This document shows positions 37,153 to 50,094 of a DNA stretch of 64,000 nucleotides, one piece after another. A model generated the notes under the pieces. That model was not told the origin of the DNA and ran no database searches. It saw only the letters and a list, made by a program, of their open reading frames with translations. Position numbers and translations under genes: made by a program. How positions within the stretch are numbered: position 1 is the stretch's first letter; every line of letters starts with the position of its first letter. The stretch spans positions 40,548,001-40,612,000 of the forward strand of contig OX597835.1 of the NCBI GenBank assembly GCA_951406725.2, written 5' to 3'. The stretch comes from Octopus vulgaris. Lineage: Eukaryota.

Positions 37153-38635
37153 ATGTATACATAAACTATATAATACGTAATGTATGTGTATACATACTTT
37201 TATATATATATGTGACTATGTATACACATTACGCACTATATAGTGTATGTATACATAGTCACATATATATATAAATGTATGTATGTATACACATACATTA
37301 CGTACTATATAGTTTATGTATACATAGTCTCTCTCACACACACACATATATATATATAAATGTATGTATACATAATCACATATATATATGTATGTATACA
37401 CATACATTACGTACTATATAGTTTATGTATACATAGTCACACATATATATACAAATGTATGTATACACGTACATTACGCGCTATATAGTGTATATATACA
37501 GTCACATATGTGTCTGTGTGATACTGTTTGTGTGTATATGCAGTTATAAAAACAGACGTTTGCGTACCTGTCTTCGTCTTTTGTTTTCTGTAAATTTGGA
37601 ATATATATACACCCACTTATCTATCCTTCAACACACAAATATATAGGTGGGTGTTAACCTTCAAATGCATATATTACATTTTGTATGTGCATATGAACAG
37701 GTGTTTCTCCGTGTACACGTATGTATGTATGTGTGTATGTATAAAGATGATCTGAGTACTGTGTTTGTAATTAATCTATTACACCTGGCAAAAAACCGGC
37801 TTGTCCAATTTATGTGCAGAGGATAGGTTAGAAATAGAAGCTTGGTGCTTATTTTATTGGTCCCTTTTGCCCAACCGCCTAGTTAACTGGATGTAAACAC
37901 AACACCGCCGGTTGTCAGGTGGTTGTGGGGGGTACATCCTCAGACACAAAAACACTCAAACACATAGATACGACGGGCTTCTTTCAGTGTCCGTCCACCA
38001 CATCCATTCACAAGGCTTTGGTCAGCCCAAAGCTAAAGTAGAAGTAGCCCTAGGCTAAAGTAGAAGACACTTGCACGCAGTGGGACTGAACCCGGAATCA
38101 TATAGTTGGGAAGCAAACTTCTTACCACACAGCCACGTCTATATACATATATATATATTTCTTTACTAACCACAAGGGAACAAACAAGGACAGACAAACG
38201 GATTAAGTCGATTACATCGACCCCAGTGCGTAACTGGTACTTAATTTATCGACCCCGAAAGGATGAAAGGCAAAGTCGGCTTCGGCAGAATTTTAAGCTC
38301 AGAACACGTCTATATATATACATACACACGCACAAATGATCGGAAGTAGTTACACCTGTTGTTTAGCCCTAGGTTAGCTCTGTGCCGCTTATGATCAGTG
38401 GTTTTCCAACCGTGGCACATCATTTTTTTTTTTTTTGCCTGTCCTACTACGCAGTTGAAGGTATCCTTCCCTTTTTATGACAGCACAGTGTGACCTGAAG
38501 GTGAATTAGCTGCTATGTCTAATAGCGATCGCGAGGAAGTAGCTTACTGCTTCCCGTGCAGTTTACGCCGAACCGGTAGACCTGTTATGATCCACGTATG
38601 CCAATCATGACCATCCCTTCTTTAATGACTTAGAG

Positions 38636-38923
38636 CAGTGGTTCTCAAATTGGGTGGTATTGCACACACACCCCCGGGGGGCCGTGAAAAGTTCCAAGGG
38701 GGTGTTGAAGAAATGGGGGGCGATTCATGTAAGAAGTGGGGGCAATAATGAGGGGTAGCGATTCATGTAAAAGCAACAAAATAATGGGTTGATTAGGTTA
38801 AGTTTGCTTTGAATTTGCTTCAGAAAGGGGTCCATGCTTGTGATGGTCAGTTGGAATGGGGGCACTAGGAATGTGGCCTGGATGTCAAGGGGGCGGCAGC
38901 CCTTAAATGTTTGGGAACCACCG
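38636..38923. mobile_element. hAT/Charlie-like MITE
   Basis: CAGTGGTTCTCAAA / TTTGGGAACCACCG TIRs; 8-bp TSD ACTTAGAG/ACTTGGAG. Confidence 0.8.
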
Positions 38924-40341
38924 ACTTGGAGAATTTAGCTTTAAATTTTGTGTTTTTATATCTAAAGACGGTATGAATTGAGGAAGATTTGGCTGCTCTT
39001 TTTAGCGATGTACATGTTTCCTACTGTCGTTGTTCATTCCCAAGGCGGCTCTGTTCCAGCAAATCAAAGCCATTCTAGCCATGATCATCCCGTCATATTT
39101 TCAAACTTTTTGGGCGACCTTATCTCACGTGTACCATTTTAAAAGACGATTGTGTTATTTGAAGATTCAGTCCATGGGTTTATAGTAGATCATGTCTTGT
39201 CGCTTCCTGGCAATTATTGTAGGGATTTTTTTCTTGTCCCCACAAAGTTAAACCCCCTCAGCAGTTGGAATCCGCGAGTCTGCTTTCCATTTTCCCATTC
39301 GCTGCTATTTCATTTCCATTTACTTCGCTAATGTCCTTCAGGGAGAAGAAGAAAAAGATCCACATATGTTAACACAATTTTAACCCGAAACCTTATGGCC
39401 ATGAAAAAAAAAACAAAAAAACTTTAATTTACTTATTTTCCCCCCATTCTATCTTTTTCTCTTCTCCCTAGTCTATTAGGGGACGTGTTATTTTGATAGT
39501 TATTGTTCATCCAACTCCTTGTTTTTGTTTGTTATTGGGTAAAATATAGAATTTGAGGGAGACTGGGAATGGTCCACGTCGAGAGCTTTTAGAACGTAGG
39601 GGGAGGAGGATCTGTGGGAGAATTCATTAAATTTAATTGTGAGGTCAGAGGGAGAGAGGGATGCGTTATGAGGACAGAATGGTGGTGGAGAGAGAAGTGA
39701 GGGAATTATTATTTTTTTTCCGGTTGATAAAACCCTCCTCTTTTTCCGCACCATCCGCTGCCATTCTGTTTTGGATTTAACATTTTTCAGTTTATAAAAA
39801 AATAAGGTCATGCTATTTACCCCCTCCTCCGCTTCTACACGAATCGTTAGAGCACCCGGAAAAAATAATAGCTTTAATAGCTTGCAATATTTGTCCTGGC
39901 TCCTTGCCAAGGTCAACTTCGCTTTTTCTTCCCTCCAGGGTCGGTAAAATAATGTACCAGTCAAGTACTGGGTGCGGAAGTATAATCGACTGACTTCCTC
40001 CCACAAAATACGAGGCTTCGTGTCTCTGTCAGAAATAATTACATAGCTACACGTCAGCCCCGGTCCAGCTGTGACAATCTCGTCTCTCAGTCAGATGCAG
40101 TGTGTCTGGGATTTTAGTTTCGAATACTCTTTACTCTTTACTTGTTTCAGTCATTTGACTGCGGCCATGCTGGAGCACCGCCTTTAGTCGAGCAACTCGA
40201 CCCCGGGACTTATTCTTTTGTAAGCCCAGTACTTATTCTATCGGTCTCTTTTGCCGAACCGCTAAGTAACGGGGACATAAACACACGAGCATCGGTTGTC
40301 AAGCAATGCTAGGGGGACAAAAACAGACACACAAACACACA

Positions 40342-40394
<53 letters not shown>

Positions 40395-41882
40395 GACGGG
40401 CTTCTTTCAGTTTCCGTCTACCAAATCCACTCACAAGGCTTTGGTCGGCCCGAGTCTATAGTAGAAGACACTTTCCCATGGTGCCACGCAGTGGGACTGA
40501 ACCCGGAACCATGTGGTTGGTAAACAAGCTACTTACCACACAGCCACTCCTGCCTTTTTTTGTTGTTGTTGTTCTTATTTCTAGCCTCTTGTTGTCATGT
40601 TTTATAAATAAAAAAGTTATTAGTTAAACAGATTCGCAATATTAATTCCATTGAGATTATTAGCATTAATAAATGTCAATTTCGGCCGCGAATTCGAATG
40701 GGGGAACATAGTCTTGGTTCAACTCCTGTTCTACGGAAACCGAAATCTACCCGTGATCCGCAAGTGACTTTCTTGGACAGATCCGGAGTTCTTTTTCCTT
40801 CTGGTACTTTACCCCTTTACACTCGAGCGCTTTATATTTGAGTTGTGGGTTCTCTGTATATCAGTAAACAGAACCCCATCGGTTTCGACAACGAGCAACA
40901 TTCACTCCGATCAGCTGAACTTGATTTCATTGCGTGGACTTTTAACTCTTTGCCTCTTCTAACCAGTTTCATAATTTTGTCCCTAAACGTCCATACTTGT
41001 TTTCAGACTTTTAGTCAGCCCTTGTTTCATTCTGAGTAATATAAAACTTTCCTTCCATAAACCCAAGTTGCTCTGGTGAGTGAAAAAGGAAAAGATTGGG
41101 AATATGTATCAGATACGATGCATGGCTGCCGGGCAAATATGGTTTGTGTATCACATAGGATACACAGCAGGAGAGACAAAGAAAAAAAAAACGGGTAGCA
41201 TACATTCTCAATTAGAATCAGCGTGATACTATATGGATACAGTTAAACCTTTCACTTGGGTTTTCAATCCACCCGAAGGGCTTCCAATCTGTTTTCATCT
41301 GTGCAGTGGAATCATACCCAAAAAACTTGTGATTTACAAAACGAATTTCCTTATCGTTCGACTACTGCAAACAGTCTCTTAAGGCCCTTCTACAGAATGT
41401 GTTTATGAGGTCAATCTTTCATCGAAATACGCTATTTAAAACGAAAAGCAATAAATATAATTTGTTCTTTTGGTTTATAGTACCATATACTTATTAACCC
41501 CCCTTTAGTAGTGTCAATGGTGTTGGTGAAATCCCACGCTCAATTATTCGATGTCTTTTTTTTGTTCTTTTAATGTGCAATTTTATGAGTGTTTTACGAG
41601 CCATCGTCTAATTAGTTAAGTTGTATTGTAGTTTCTTGTTTAGCCTCTTTATTCATTCATTCCCATTCTGGGTACTTGACTGACTGGTAGCGAGTTGGAC
41701 GAGAGAGAGGAAAGTAAAAGTTGTGAACCAACGGGTACGGACCAGAACAATTAAGCAGCTCATTTATTCCACACGATAACCGCTTTATGAACGTAAATAG
41801 TCGTACTAATCGTTTAGGTCACTCCTCTTCCAACTGTTATCCAATTGTTTCTTTTTTTTTTAATTGCCTAATATATTAAAGA

Positions 41883-42267
41883 CTAGCAGTATCGCCCGGC
41901 GTTGCTCGGGTTTGTAAGGGAAATAACTATATAAGCATTTTTAGAGTTATAGCCAAAAAATAGCAAAAAAAAAAGGAAAAAAATGATGGTAAATTTTTTT
42001 TTAAATCGTTGACTCATCGTAGACATTTTTAGAGAGTTACTTCCCTTATATAATAGCGAAAAAATGCATTAAAATGGAAAAAAATGATGGTAATTTTTTT
42101 TTAAATCGTAGACTCATCGTAGACGCGCGCTAATACCCAGAAGGGCTCGGTATGAATCACGACTATAAGATACCCGGTTTTGGTTAAACTGCACCGCAAA
42201 ATGTGGGAGTAGTTAGGAATCTAAATCGGAGTAGACAGACACACAACTTGACTTTTATATATAAAGA
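41883..42267 (-). mobile_element. Non-autonomous Helitron
   Basis: On the - strand: A|TC start, CCCGAGCAACGCCGGG hairpin, CTAG|T end. Confidence 0.85.
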
Positions 42268-45200
42268 TTACGTTATCTTTGTGTGTATTAAACTGTAGGG
42301 TACGATTTGGTTGCTCTTTCTAGTTGGTCGAACGAAGGACCACGTAGAAACTCGTTTACTCGGTGATATTAGCAGTGTTGGGAATGGGGTATTTAGAAAC
42401 GACCAAGTTTAGCAGGGAATATGTTAATACAAAGTTAGCCATGATTAAACACGCCTGTAATCAAACCCTTAAATATCTTATTATTTTTCAGCACAGTCTA
42501 CCTAGAACTACATCATTCGATGTGTCTTTTTTTTTTAAAACCTGTAAACAATGATTTATAAAAAAAACTTGACCACTATTTTTAGTTCTTTGAGCGACAA
42601 TGTAGAGGGTCCCAGGGACAATCCTTCAGTGTATTCTGGATTTGTATGGATGGATCCGTTTTGTAGGAATGTCCTTCCCAAAGTCTGGATCTGTACTATA
42701 TATTGCCACTGAAAAACGATTGGTGTCTTAGTGGATTCCAACATTCAAATTTCAGTTTCTCAAGTTAGAGCAGTTTAGAGAGAGAGAGAGAGCTTTTTAA
42801 GAAAGCAGGAAATAATTTCCTGCTTTCTTAAAAAGGGACACATTGGATAGTGTTATGCCAAGTTACACTTTGCTTTAAGAAATTTGCTTGGATAGTTATG
42901 GCCGGAATGTCTCCGGGCCAACATGGGATCAACCCTTTAGCATTCAGAATACTCTGTCAAGTGTAATGCTTATTTACTCATACTAATCATCATCGTTTAA
43001 TGTCTGCTCTCCAGGCTGGCATGGGTTGGATGGTTTGACATGGAAAGGCAGTGAGCTGGCAGAATCATTAGCACACCGGGTGAAATGCTTAGCGGTATTT
43101 CGTCTGCCACTAGGTTCTGAGTTCAAATTCTGCCGAGGTCAACTTTGCCTTTCATCCTTTCGGGGTCAATAAATTAAGGCTTCTTTTCGTTCCCATCTAC
43201 CAAATACACCCACAAAGCTTTGGTTTGCCTAAGGTTATATTAGGAGACACTTGCCCAAGGTGCTATGCAGTGGGATTGAACCTGAGACCACTTGGTTGGG
43301 AAGTAAGCTTTTCAACCACACAATTATGCCTGCATCTCTTACATGTAGCATATTTAACGAATGAGAAGTGTTAACCGTTTCTTTTCTAGACTCTGCATAA
43401 AGTCTCTCCTGACTTCACTTGTTCTCAACTTTCCTGCTACTCTATATTATTAATCCTCTGACATCCAGCTTCTGTTACTAGAAACCTTGTCCATGTTAAT
43501 CCCATTCATATTCTGTGTCTGTATGTGACTGCAACTTCTTACAGATTGAATGAGCCTATAGTAGTTCAATCCCCAGGGAAGTTACATTGATGTGGTTGAT
43601 GTCTGATTAGTGTGGCGGGTTTATTCCAGGGAGTTGGAAGGAAACAGTTAAGAAAGAGGTATGTTGAATGAATTTGGGTATGGATGGAGTATGTAGCTAG
43701 TTTGCTATATCAAAGATGCAGTGATTGAAATGGCACATATCACCCATCTTGCTGGAAGGTGGGGGCCCTTAATAATAAGAAACAAGTTAAATAGTATTAT
43801 GCAGAACTTTATAAGCAATAACGGCAGTGCATCAGCAAGGCCACAGCTCTGAGCTGAAACTGGGGGGGGGGGAAAGCAATTGACAAGAGTGAGTGGAGGA
43901 GCTTTGATGGCAAAACCATATTCTTGCTTTTTATAATAGCATATGCTTTGAATAGTCCATTGTTTGGGTTAGTTCATTTTTTTGTGTATAATATTTTTGA
44001 CTTCTGGTGCAGTAATAATAAGGAATGTTTAATCCAAAACATTGACGGTCCAAATTCATGTGACAAAACCATTGTCAGTAAAATATTCAAAAACAAGCAG
44101 CAGCGGCATGGCTTTTTCTTTGTTATACTCAGGATTCTGACCTTCCTGGCACCCATGAAATCTTGGTAAAGTGATCTTGAGTGTAAAGGGTTTATTAGCC
44201 TGGGCCCTAAACTGATAACACTGTGACAAAGGAGGAGAAAAGCATACAAGAAGTGAGCAAAATCTTGTCAACGTGGACTTATAACATATTTAGAGCAATG
44301 AACCATGCCTGTTCTTAATTATTGATTAAGAACAGCTCAGCTATTCCCTGTGGCAACTGTATTGATTTTTAGTCAAATGAGCAACCATTTCCTTCGTGTT
44401 TAGCTTCCTAAGTAGGTTGGCTCTAATTGGAGTGGAAAGAAAATTTAATCTGAAAGAAAAGAGAAAAGCAAAAGAGTTTTATGGTTTGGCTGACACAAAT
44501 CTTGTTGCTGAATTCCAGCAAAACCACTGATGTATGTATGTGTATTACTGACTCCTCCTCACATGATGGTTGTAAGCAAGTGTCTCCATCATGCAGGTGG
44601 TGTCCTTCTGGCTGATGCCAGCGCCACCTAGACTTGCTTCCGTGCCGGCGGCATGTAAAAAGCACCATTCGAATGTGGCTGATGCCAGCGCCACCTTGAC
44701 TGGCTTCCGTGCTGGTGGCATGTAAAAAGCACCAATCCAATCGTGGCTGTTGCCAGCTTCGCCTGGCACCTATGCCGGTGGCATGTAAAAAGCACCCACT
44801 ACACTCATGGAGTGGTTGGCGTTAGGAAGGGCATCCAGCTGTAGAAACACTGCCAAACCAGACTGGAGCCTGGTGCAGCCTCCTGGCTTCCCAGACCCCG
44901 GTCGAACCATCCAACCCATGCTAGCATGGAGAACAGACGTTAAACGATGATGATGATGATGAGTGAAGACATGTCTGGCTATGAGGAAATATTACCTTGT
45001 TTGGAAACAAGTGAGTGGTAGTGACAGGAAAAGCATCCAACTGCAGAAAAATACACTTTAACAAATTCTGTCCAACCCATGCAAGCATGGAAATGTGGAC
45101 ATTAAAACAATGGTGTCTGTATCATCATTTTCAATGATGGCATGTTCTGGATGGTTTCACAGGTGGTGGTCAGCTGGGGAACAGTCCAGACTCCAATTGT

Positions 45201-46599
45201 CATTTTCGGTATGGTTTCTACAGCTGGATGCCCTTCCTAATGCCAGCCACCTTACAATATGTTGGGTGTTTTATACATGCCACTGGCATTGGTGCATTAA
45301 TGCAACACTAGCATGAGTGCATTTTATGTGGCACAGGCACAAGTGCACTTTATGTTTTACATCATCATCATCATATAATGTCCGTTTTCCATGCTGGATG
45401 GTTTAACTGAAAACTAGTTGGCTGCAGAGCTGAACCAGGTTCCAATTTAATTTGGCACAGTTTTTACAGCTGGATGCGCTTCCTAACACCAACTGCTCAA
45501 AGAGTGTAGTGGGTGCTTTTAACCTGCCAGTTATGAAACACTGGCAGTAGCCAAAGACTACAATGTCACTTGGCTCGAAAGGTCTTAAGCACAATATATT
45601 GCCAAAGGTCTCGGTCACTTGTCACTGGTTCAATGAGGCCCAAAGTTCAAAGGGTGCTTTTTACGTGCCATTGGCATGGGAGCCAGTTACACGACACCCG
45701 ACATATACATGTGTGTGTGTGTATACATATATACATACATACACACGTGCATTTAGTTGCATCACTCTATCCACTGAGTTCAAATCCATCCAATGTCAGT
45801 TTTGCCCTTTGATCCTCCTGGAGTTGAACTTTCTTAGTACTTTAAGTAGTATTTAAATATGGGGGTTGATGGCCTTGTACCGGTGGCATGTAAAAAGCAC
45901 CATCCGATCATGGTTATTTGCCAGCCTCCTCTGGCACCTGTACTGGTGGCACGTAAAAAGCACCCACTACACTCACGGAGTGGTTGGCATTGGGAAGGGC
46001 ATCCAGCCGTAGAAACACTGCCAGATCAGACTGGGCCTGGTGCAGCCTGCTGGCTTCTCAGATCCCGGTCGAACTGTCCAACCCATGCTAGCATGGAAAG
46101 CAGACGCTAAACGATGATGATGATGTTATCAATTGCTCTCCTTCCTCTAAGGTGTTTGGTCCTGTCCTTATCTAATAAATTATTATTAAACATGGTAAGC
46201 TGACAGAATTGTCACTATGCTGGACAAAATGTTTAGTGGCATTTCATCCAAATTCCACCAAGGTCCTTTTGGGGCTGATGAAGCAAGTACCAGTCGGGCA
46301 CTGGGGGGGTCAATGTAATTGACAAGCTCCCCTCTCCCAAAATTTCAGGCCTAGTACCTATAACAGAAAAGGGATTTTCATTATATTTCTGTGGTTAAAT
46401 AAACCAGTTTTACTGTTCACCGTAACCATCCTTATTAGTTTGTACCACTATGTTGTGAAATGAGAGACCAGTGTGTGTTGTGTTCCTGTGTGTGTATTGT
46501 CTTGTATGGGTGTATGTGCATGTATTGGTGTGCGTCTGTTTGTGTGTATTTACATTCGTTTCACTGCAGTTTAACATGTAGCTTTCCCAGGTATATATA

Positions 46600-47440
46600 T
46601 GAAGGGGTCCCCCAAGAGTAACCGGAAACATTCTCTGTGGGACAAGCTCATTGTAGTTCAGACTTCCACCGCTAGGAGCCACTTGATGTGACCCTCAGGC
46701 ATCAGTCTGCCAAAGGGCGTTGTCCAGTGAGGTTATTATACTGCCATGTAGTGTGTCTTTTTGAAGTGCTTCTCCCCTGTTTCGGTGATTTTTGCAATGG
46801 CTGAAACAAAGGAACAATGTGCTTCTGTGGGGGAAACGGCAGCTGAAACAGTTGTCATGCTTCAAACAGCTTACAAGGACACTGCCACGAGCAAAACACA
46901 AGTTTACGAGTGGTTCTCAGGATTTCGGAATGGTCGCTTGTTGCTTGAGGACCAACCTCGTTCATGGTGACCGTTGACCTCTTGAACAAATGAAAACATC
47001 ATGATAATTCTTGAACTGATCTTCGAGGACCGTCACCAAACAATTGACAAACTTGTTGATATGATTGGTGTGTGTTCTAGAGGTCCTGCCAACAAATTTT
47101 GAGTGAGGAATTGCGAATGAAAAGAGTTCTGGCAAAATTTGTGCCTTGCTTGCTCACGGAAGATCAAAAGCAGCCATGACTGAATGCATGTCATGTAGTG
47201 AAAGAACAGTTGGAAGTAGATCCAAACCTTTTTTTTAAACGCCATCACTGGTGATGAAAGCTGCTGCTATGGAATTTGCAGATGTGGAAGAGGTGGAGAA
47301 AAGCGACGGAGGAGTTAAAAGGCATCACTTTGCAAGAATTCCAGTACTGCTTCCAACAATGGCGATAAAAATGTAAACATGTAAAACTAAGGGAATGAAA
47401 TAATATTGCAAAATTCCGGTTTCTTTTGGACACCCCCTCG
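46600..47440 (+). mobile_element. Internally deleted mariner element
   Basis: TA-flanked imperfect TIRs (TA-CGAGGGGG type); HTH remnant ETAAETVVMLQTAY...SKTQVYEWFSGFRNGRLLLEDQPRS. Confidence 0.85.
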
Positions 47441-47505
47441 TACATATATTGGTTGTTTTGAATTGATTAGAACATGTAATATGATTGATTTTCACCCATT
47501 TTCAG

Positions 47506-47621
47506 GCAAGTATAAAGTTGAGATTTTTGACAAGAATGTAAATAAATATGTCCCAACCGTTCATGGGTTGGGCATACACGTTGAAGTGAAAGATCCTGAA
47601 GACAAAGTTGTTCTGTCAAGG
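47506..47621 (+). CDS. TMED9: TMED9-like exon 2a
   Basis: tttcAG|GCAAG...TCAAGG|GTaaga; (G)KYKVEIFDKNVNKYVPTVHGLGIHVEVKDPEDKVVLSR; 116 nt. Confidence 0.92.
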
Positions 47622-49122
47622 GTAAGACTTGTTGTTTATGAAGTAATGTTGTTTTTGTTGCTTTGTTAGCCTCTTTCAACAGGTAATGCTAATCCATAAC
47701 GTAGACAAGACACTCGTTTAGACCCCTTTCAGTTTACTGCTGGCAAAAAACCCTCAATGTTTATTTACTGCTGTTGCAAATATGGTTCCTAATTGACAAC
47801 CCTGTAATTTGTTAATTAGACAAGGATTATTATTCATTTTGGTTTTTAACTTCAACACTGACATAAAAAGAAGTATGTTATATGAGAGGTTTTTGCTTTT
47901 AAACTTAAGGCAAAGACTGAAGGGTATGGTGATTAAACGAGACAAGTTCTACCCCTTCTCATTAAGAGTTGGATGGCATTATCATCATCGTTTAACGTCC
48001 GCCTTCCATGCTAGCATGGGTCGGACAATTTTGACTGAGGGCTGGCGAACCAGATGGTCGCACCAAGCTCCAAACTTGATCTGGCAGAGTTTCTACATTT
48101 GGATACCCTTCCTAACTCCAACCACTCTGAGAGTGTACTTATGGCATACTTATGGAATTCCCAGATATGTCTTTGGGCAAAGATAAACTTGTTCCTCGTC
48201 TCAGTTATGTCGAAGCCATTCATCTGAGAGTTTAACAATTTTTCCAGTCTCCTTCAATCATTAACCCCTGGACATTAATGTTCTGAATCTGAGGACTCAT
48301 AGGGCCAGTTCCCTAGTTTCCATGGTGTATAATTGACCGAGACCATAAGATTCTCCTTCGACAAGAACGCTAGTCCATTGTAGGGTTACCCATTTGCGGC
48401 TGAGTGGACTGGAGCAATACGAAATGAAGTATTTTACTCAAGAACACAACACATTGACCAGGTTGGGAATGGAACCCATGGTTTTGCAATTGGCATTGCA
48501 ATGTCCTAACCAGTAAGCTATGCAACTTTAATTCAGCTTCAATAAATTTGCTCCAGATCACTTTATCTTTTCATTTCCTCATCTACCATCTAAACACCAC
48601 CCTGCCATCTGCCAAAATTTCAACATCTACAAATCATAATAGGTGCAGTGTTAACTCACCAACCATGCATCAAACTCATTTAGGCAGGAAACTTACCAAA
48701 TATCCACTCACCCTGACTGAAAATCTCTCTTTCTTCTCCCTAAATGCCCCCCCCCACCTCATTGTCACTCTCTGAACCTAATTCTTTTGTCGTCATCTCA
48801 CTCACAAGGTGTTGGTCAGAGTAGCATGCAGTCAGTTGGAATTGAACTGCCAAGTGAACTTCTTAACTAAACAGACCCACCTTCATCTCTACAGACAGGC
48901 TTGTGCCCATATAGACAGGCCTTTATTAAATTATATTTAAAAGCCAAAATGAAAAAAACAAAAACGTATTTGTTAAATCCAGAAACACCAGCACCGTTCT
49001 TTAATTTTCATCACTGATTTGTCTATTTTTTTTCCAGCAGCTATCTCATACCCCACCACTCATTCATGCATGCATGCATATATAATATTGATGGTTTTGT
49101 GTGAATGTATGTTTGTTACATA

Positions 49123-49225
49123 CAGGTAGCCCACAAGACTCTCTCGTTCAATTTTTGCCCTCCTTTAAATTTCAAAAGCCCAAGGAGGGCAAAAATCTAA
49201 ACGGTCAAATCTTGAGGGCTGCCTG
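49123..49225. mobile_element. Small fold-back MITE between TMED9 exons 2a and 2b
   Basis: CAGGTAGCCCACAAGA...TCTTGAGGGCTGCCTG outer and TTTTTGCCCTCCTT/AAGGAGGGCAAAAA inner inverted repeats. Confidence 0.6.
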
Positions 49226-49295
49226 TGGTTGTTGACTCCATTAATAACAGATTGAAATCTAACAATGATTCTTTTCAGACTGTCTTGTCTATGTC

Positions 49296-49326
<31 letters not shown>

Positions 49327-49450
49327 TTATTATATACTAACTACATTGCAGCTACCACCATCATTGGCCTACCAGCACCTCTCTAGAGTTATTCACTGAC
49401 TTACATAACATATTTCATTTCATTTCGTTTTTACAACTGGTTCCTTGCAG

Positions 49451-49566
49451 GCAAATACAAAGTACAAGTTTATGACTACGCAGTCAAGGATTACATGCCC
49501 CCTGTACAGGATATTGGAATGCATGTAGAAGTGAAAGGCCCAGACGATAACGTTGTTCTCTCAAGG
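49451..49566 (+). CDS. TMED9: TMED9-like exon 2b (duplicated alternative exon)
   Basis: ccttgcAG|GCAAA...TCAAGG|GTgagt; (G)KYKVQVYDYAVKDYMPPVQDIGMHVEVKGPDDNVVLSR; 116 nt, same phases as 2a; absent from the ORF track. Confidence 0.88.
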
Positions 49567-50062
49567 GTGAGTTCTTGTGACAAGGGGAAGTCCTCAATTT
49601 TTTCGAAGGTGTTCTCTAGCAATTGGTCTCTTAAGAATGGTTTTTTTCCCTCTGTTGTATTATTTCACTGAATTAGGAAGCACTAGATGACCATATCAAG
49701 GAATTGCTCATGCATGGCCTTAGCTGTTATGGCTAAAATGAACTAAATTTCTTCTTTGTTTAGTAGCCAAAAAACAAATTTTTCATTTTTCTGTGTCAAT
49801 ATTTTAATATATTGACATAACATTTCTGGTCTTTTTTCTTTTAGTTTCCAATATTTCTTAGTTTTTGTCAAGCATTTTTTGATATAGATTTTGTGGTTTT
49901 GTTTAATTTTTTTTTTTTTGGTACTTTATTGACACCGGTTTTACAGGTCTGTAAATTTTCGTCTTATAGTTGGTTTCTCTTCTCCTTTGTATTGATAAAT
50001 AGGACCAATACCTAGTTTCCCTATTTGGTTCTACTGAGACAAGAAGAATAAATGATATGTAA

Positions 50063-50094
<32 letters not shown>

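Noticed and set aside
40684-40696. CGGCCGCGAATTC resembling a NotI/EcoRI adaptor
   Set aside because: NotI site incomplete and no vector-like flanks.
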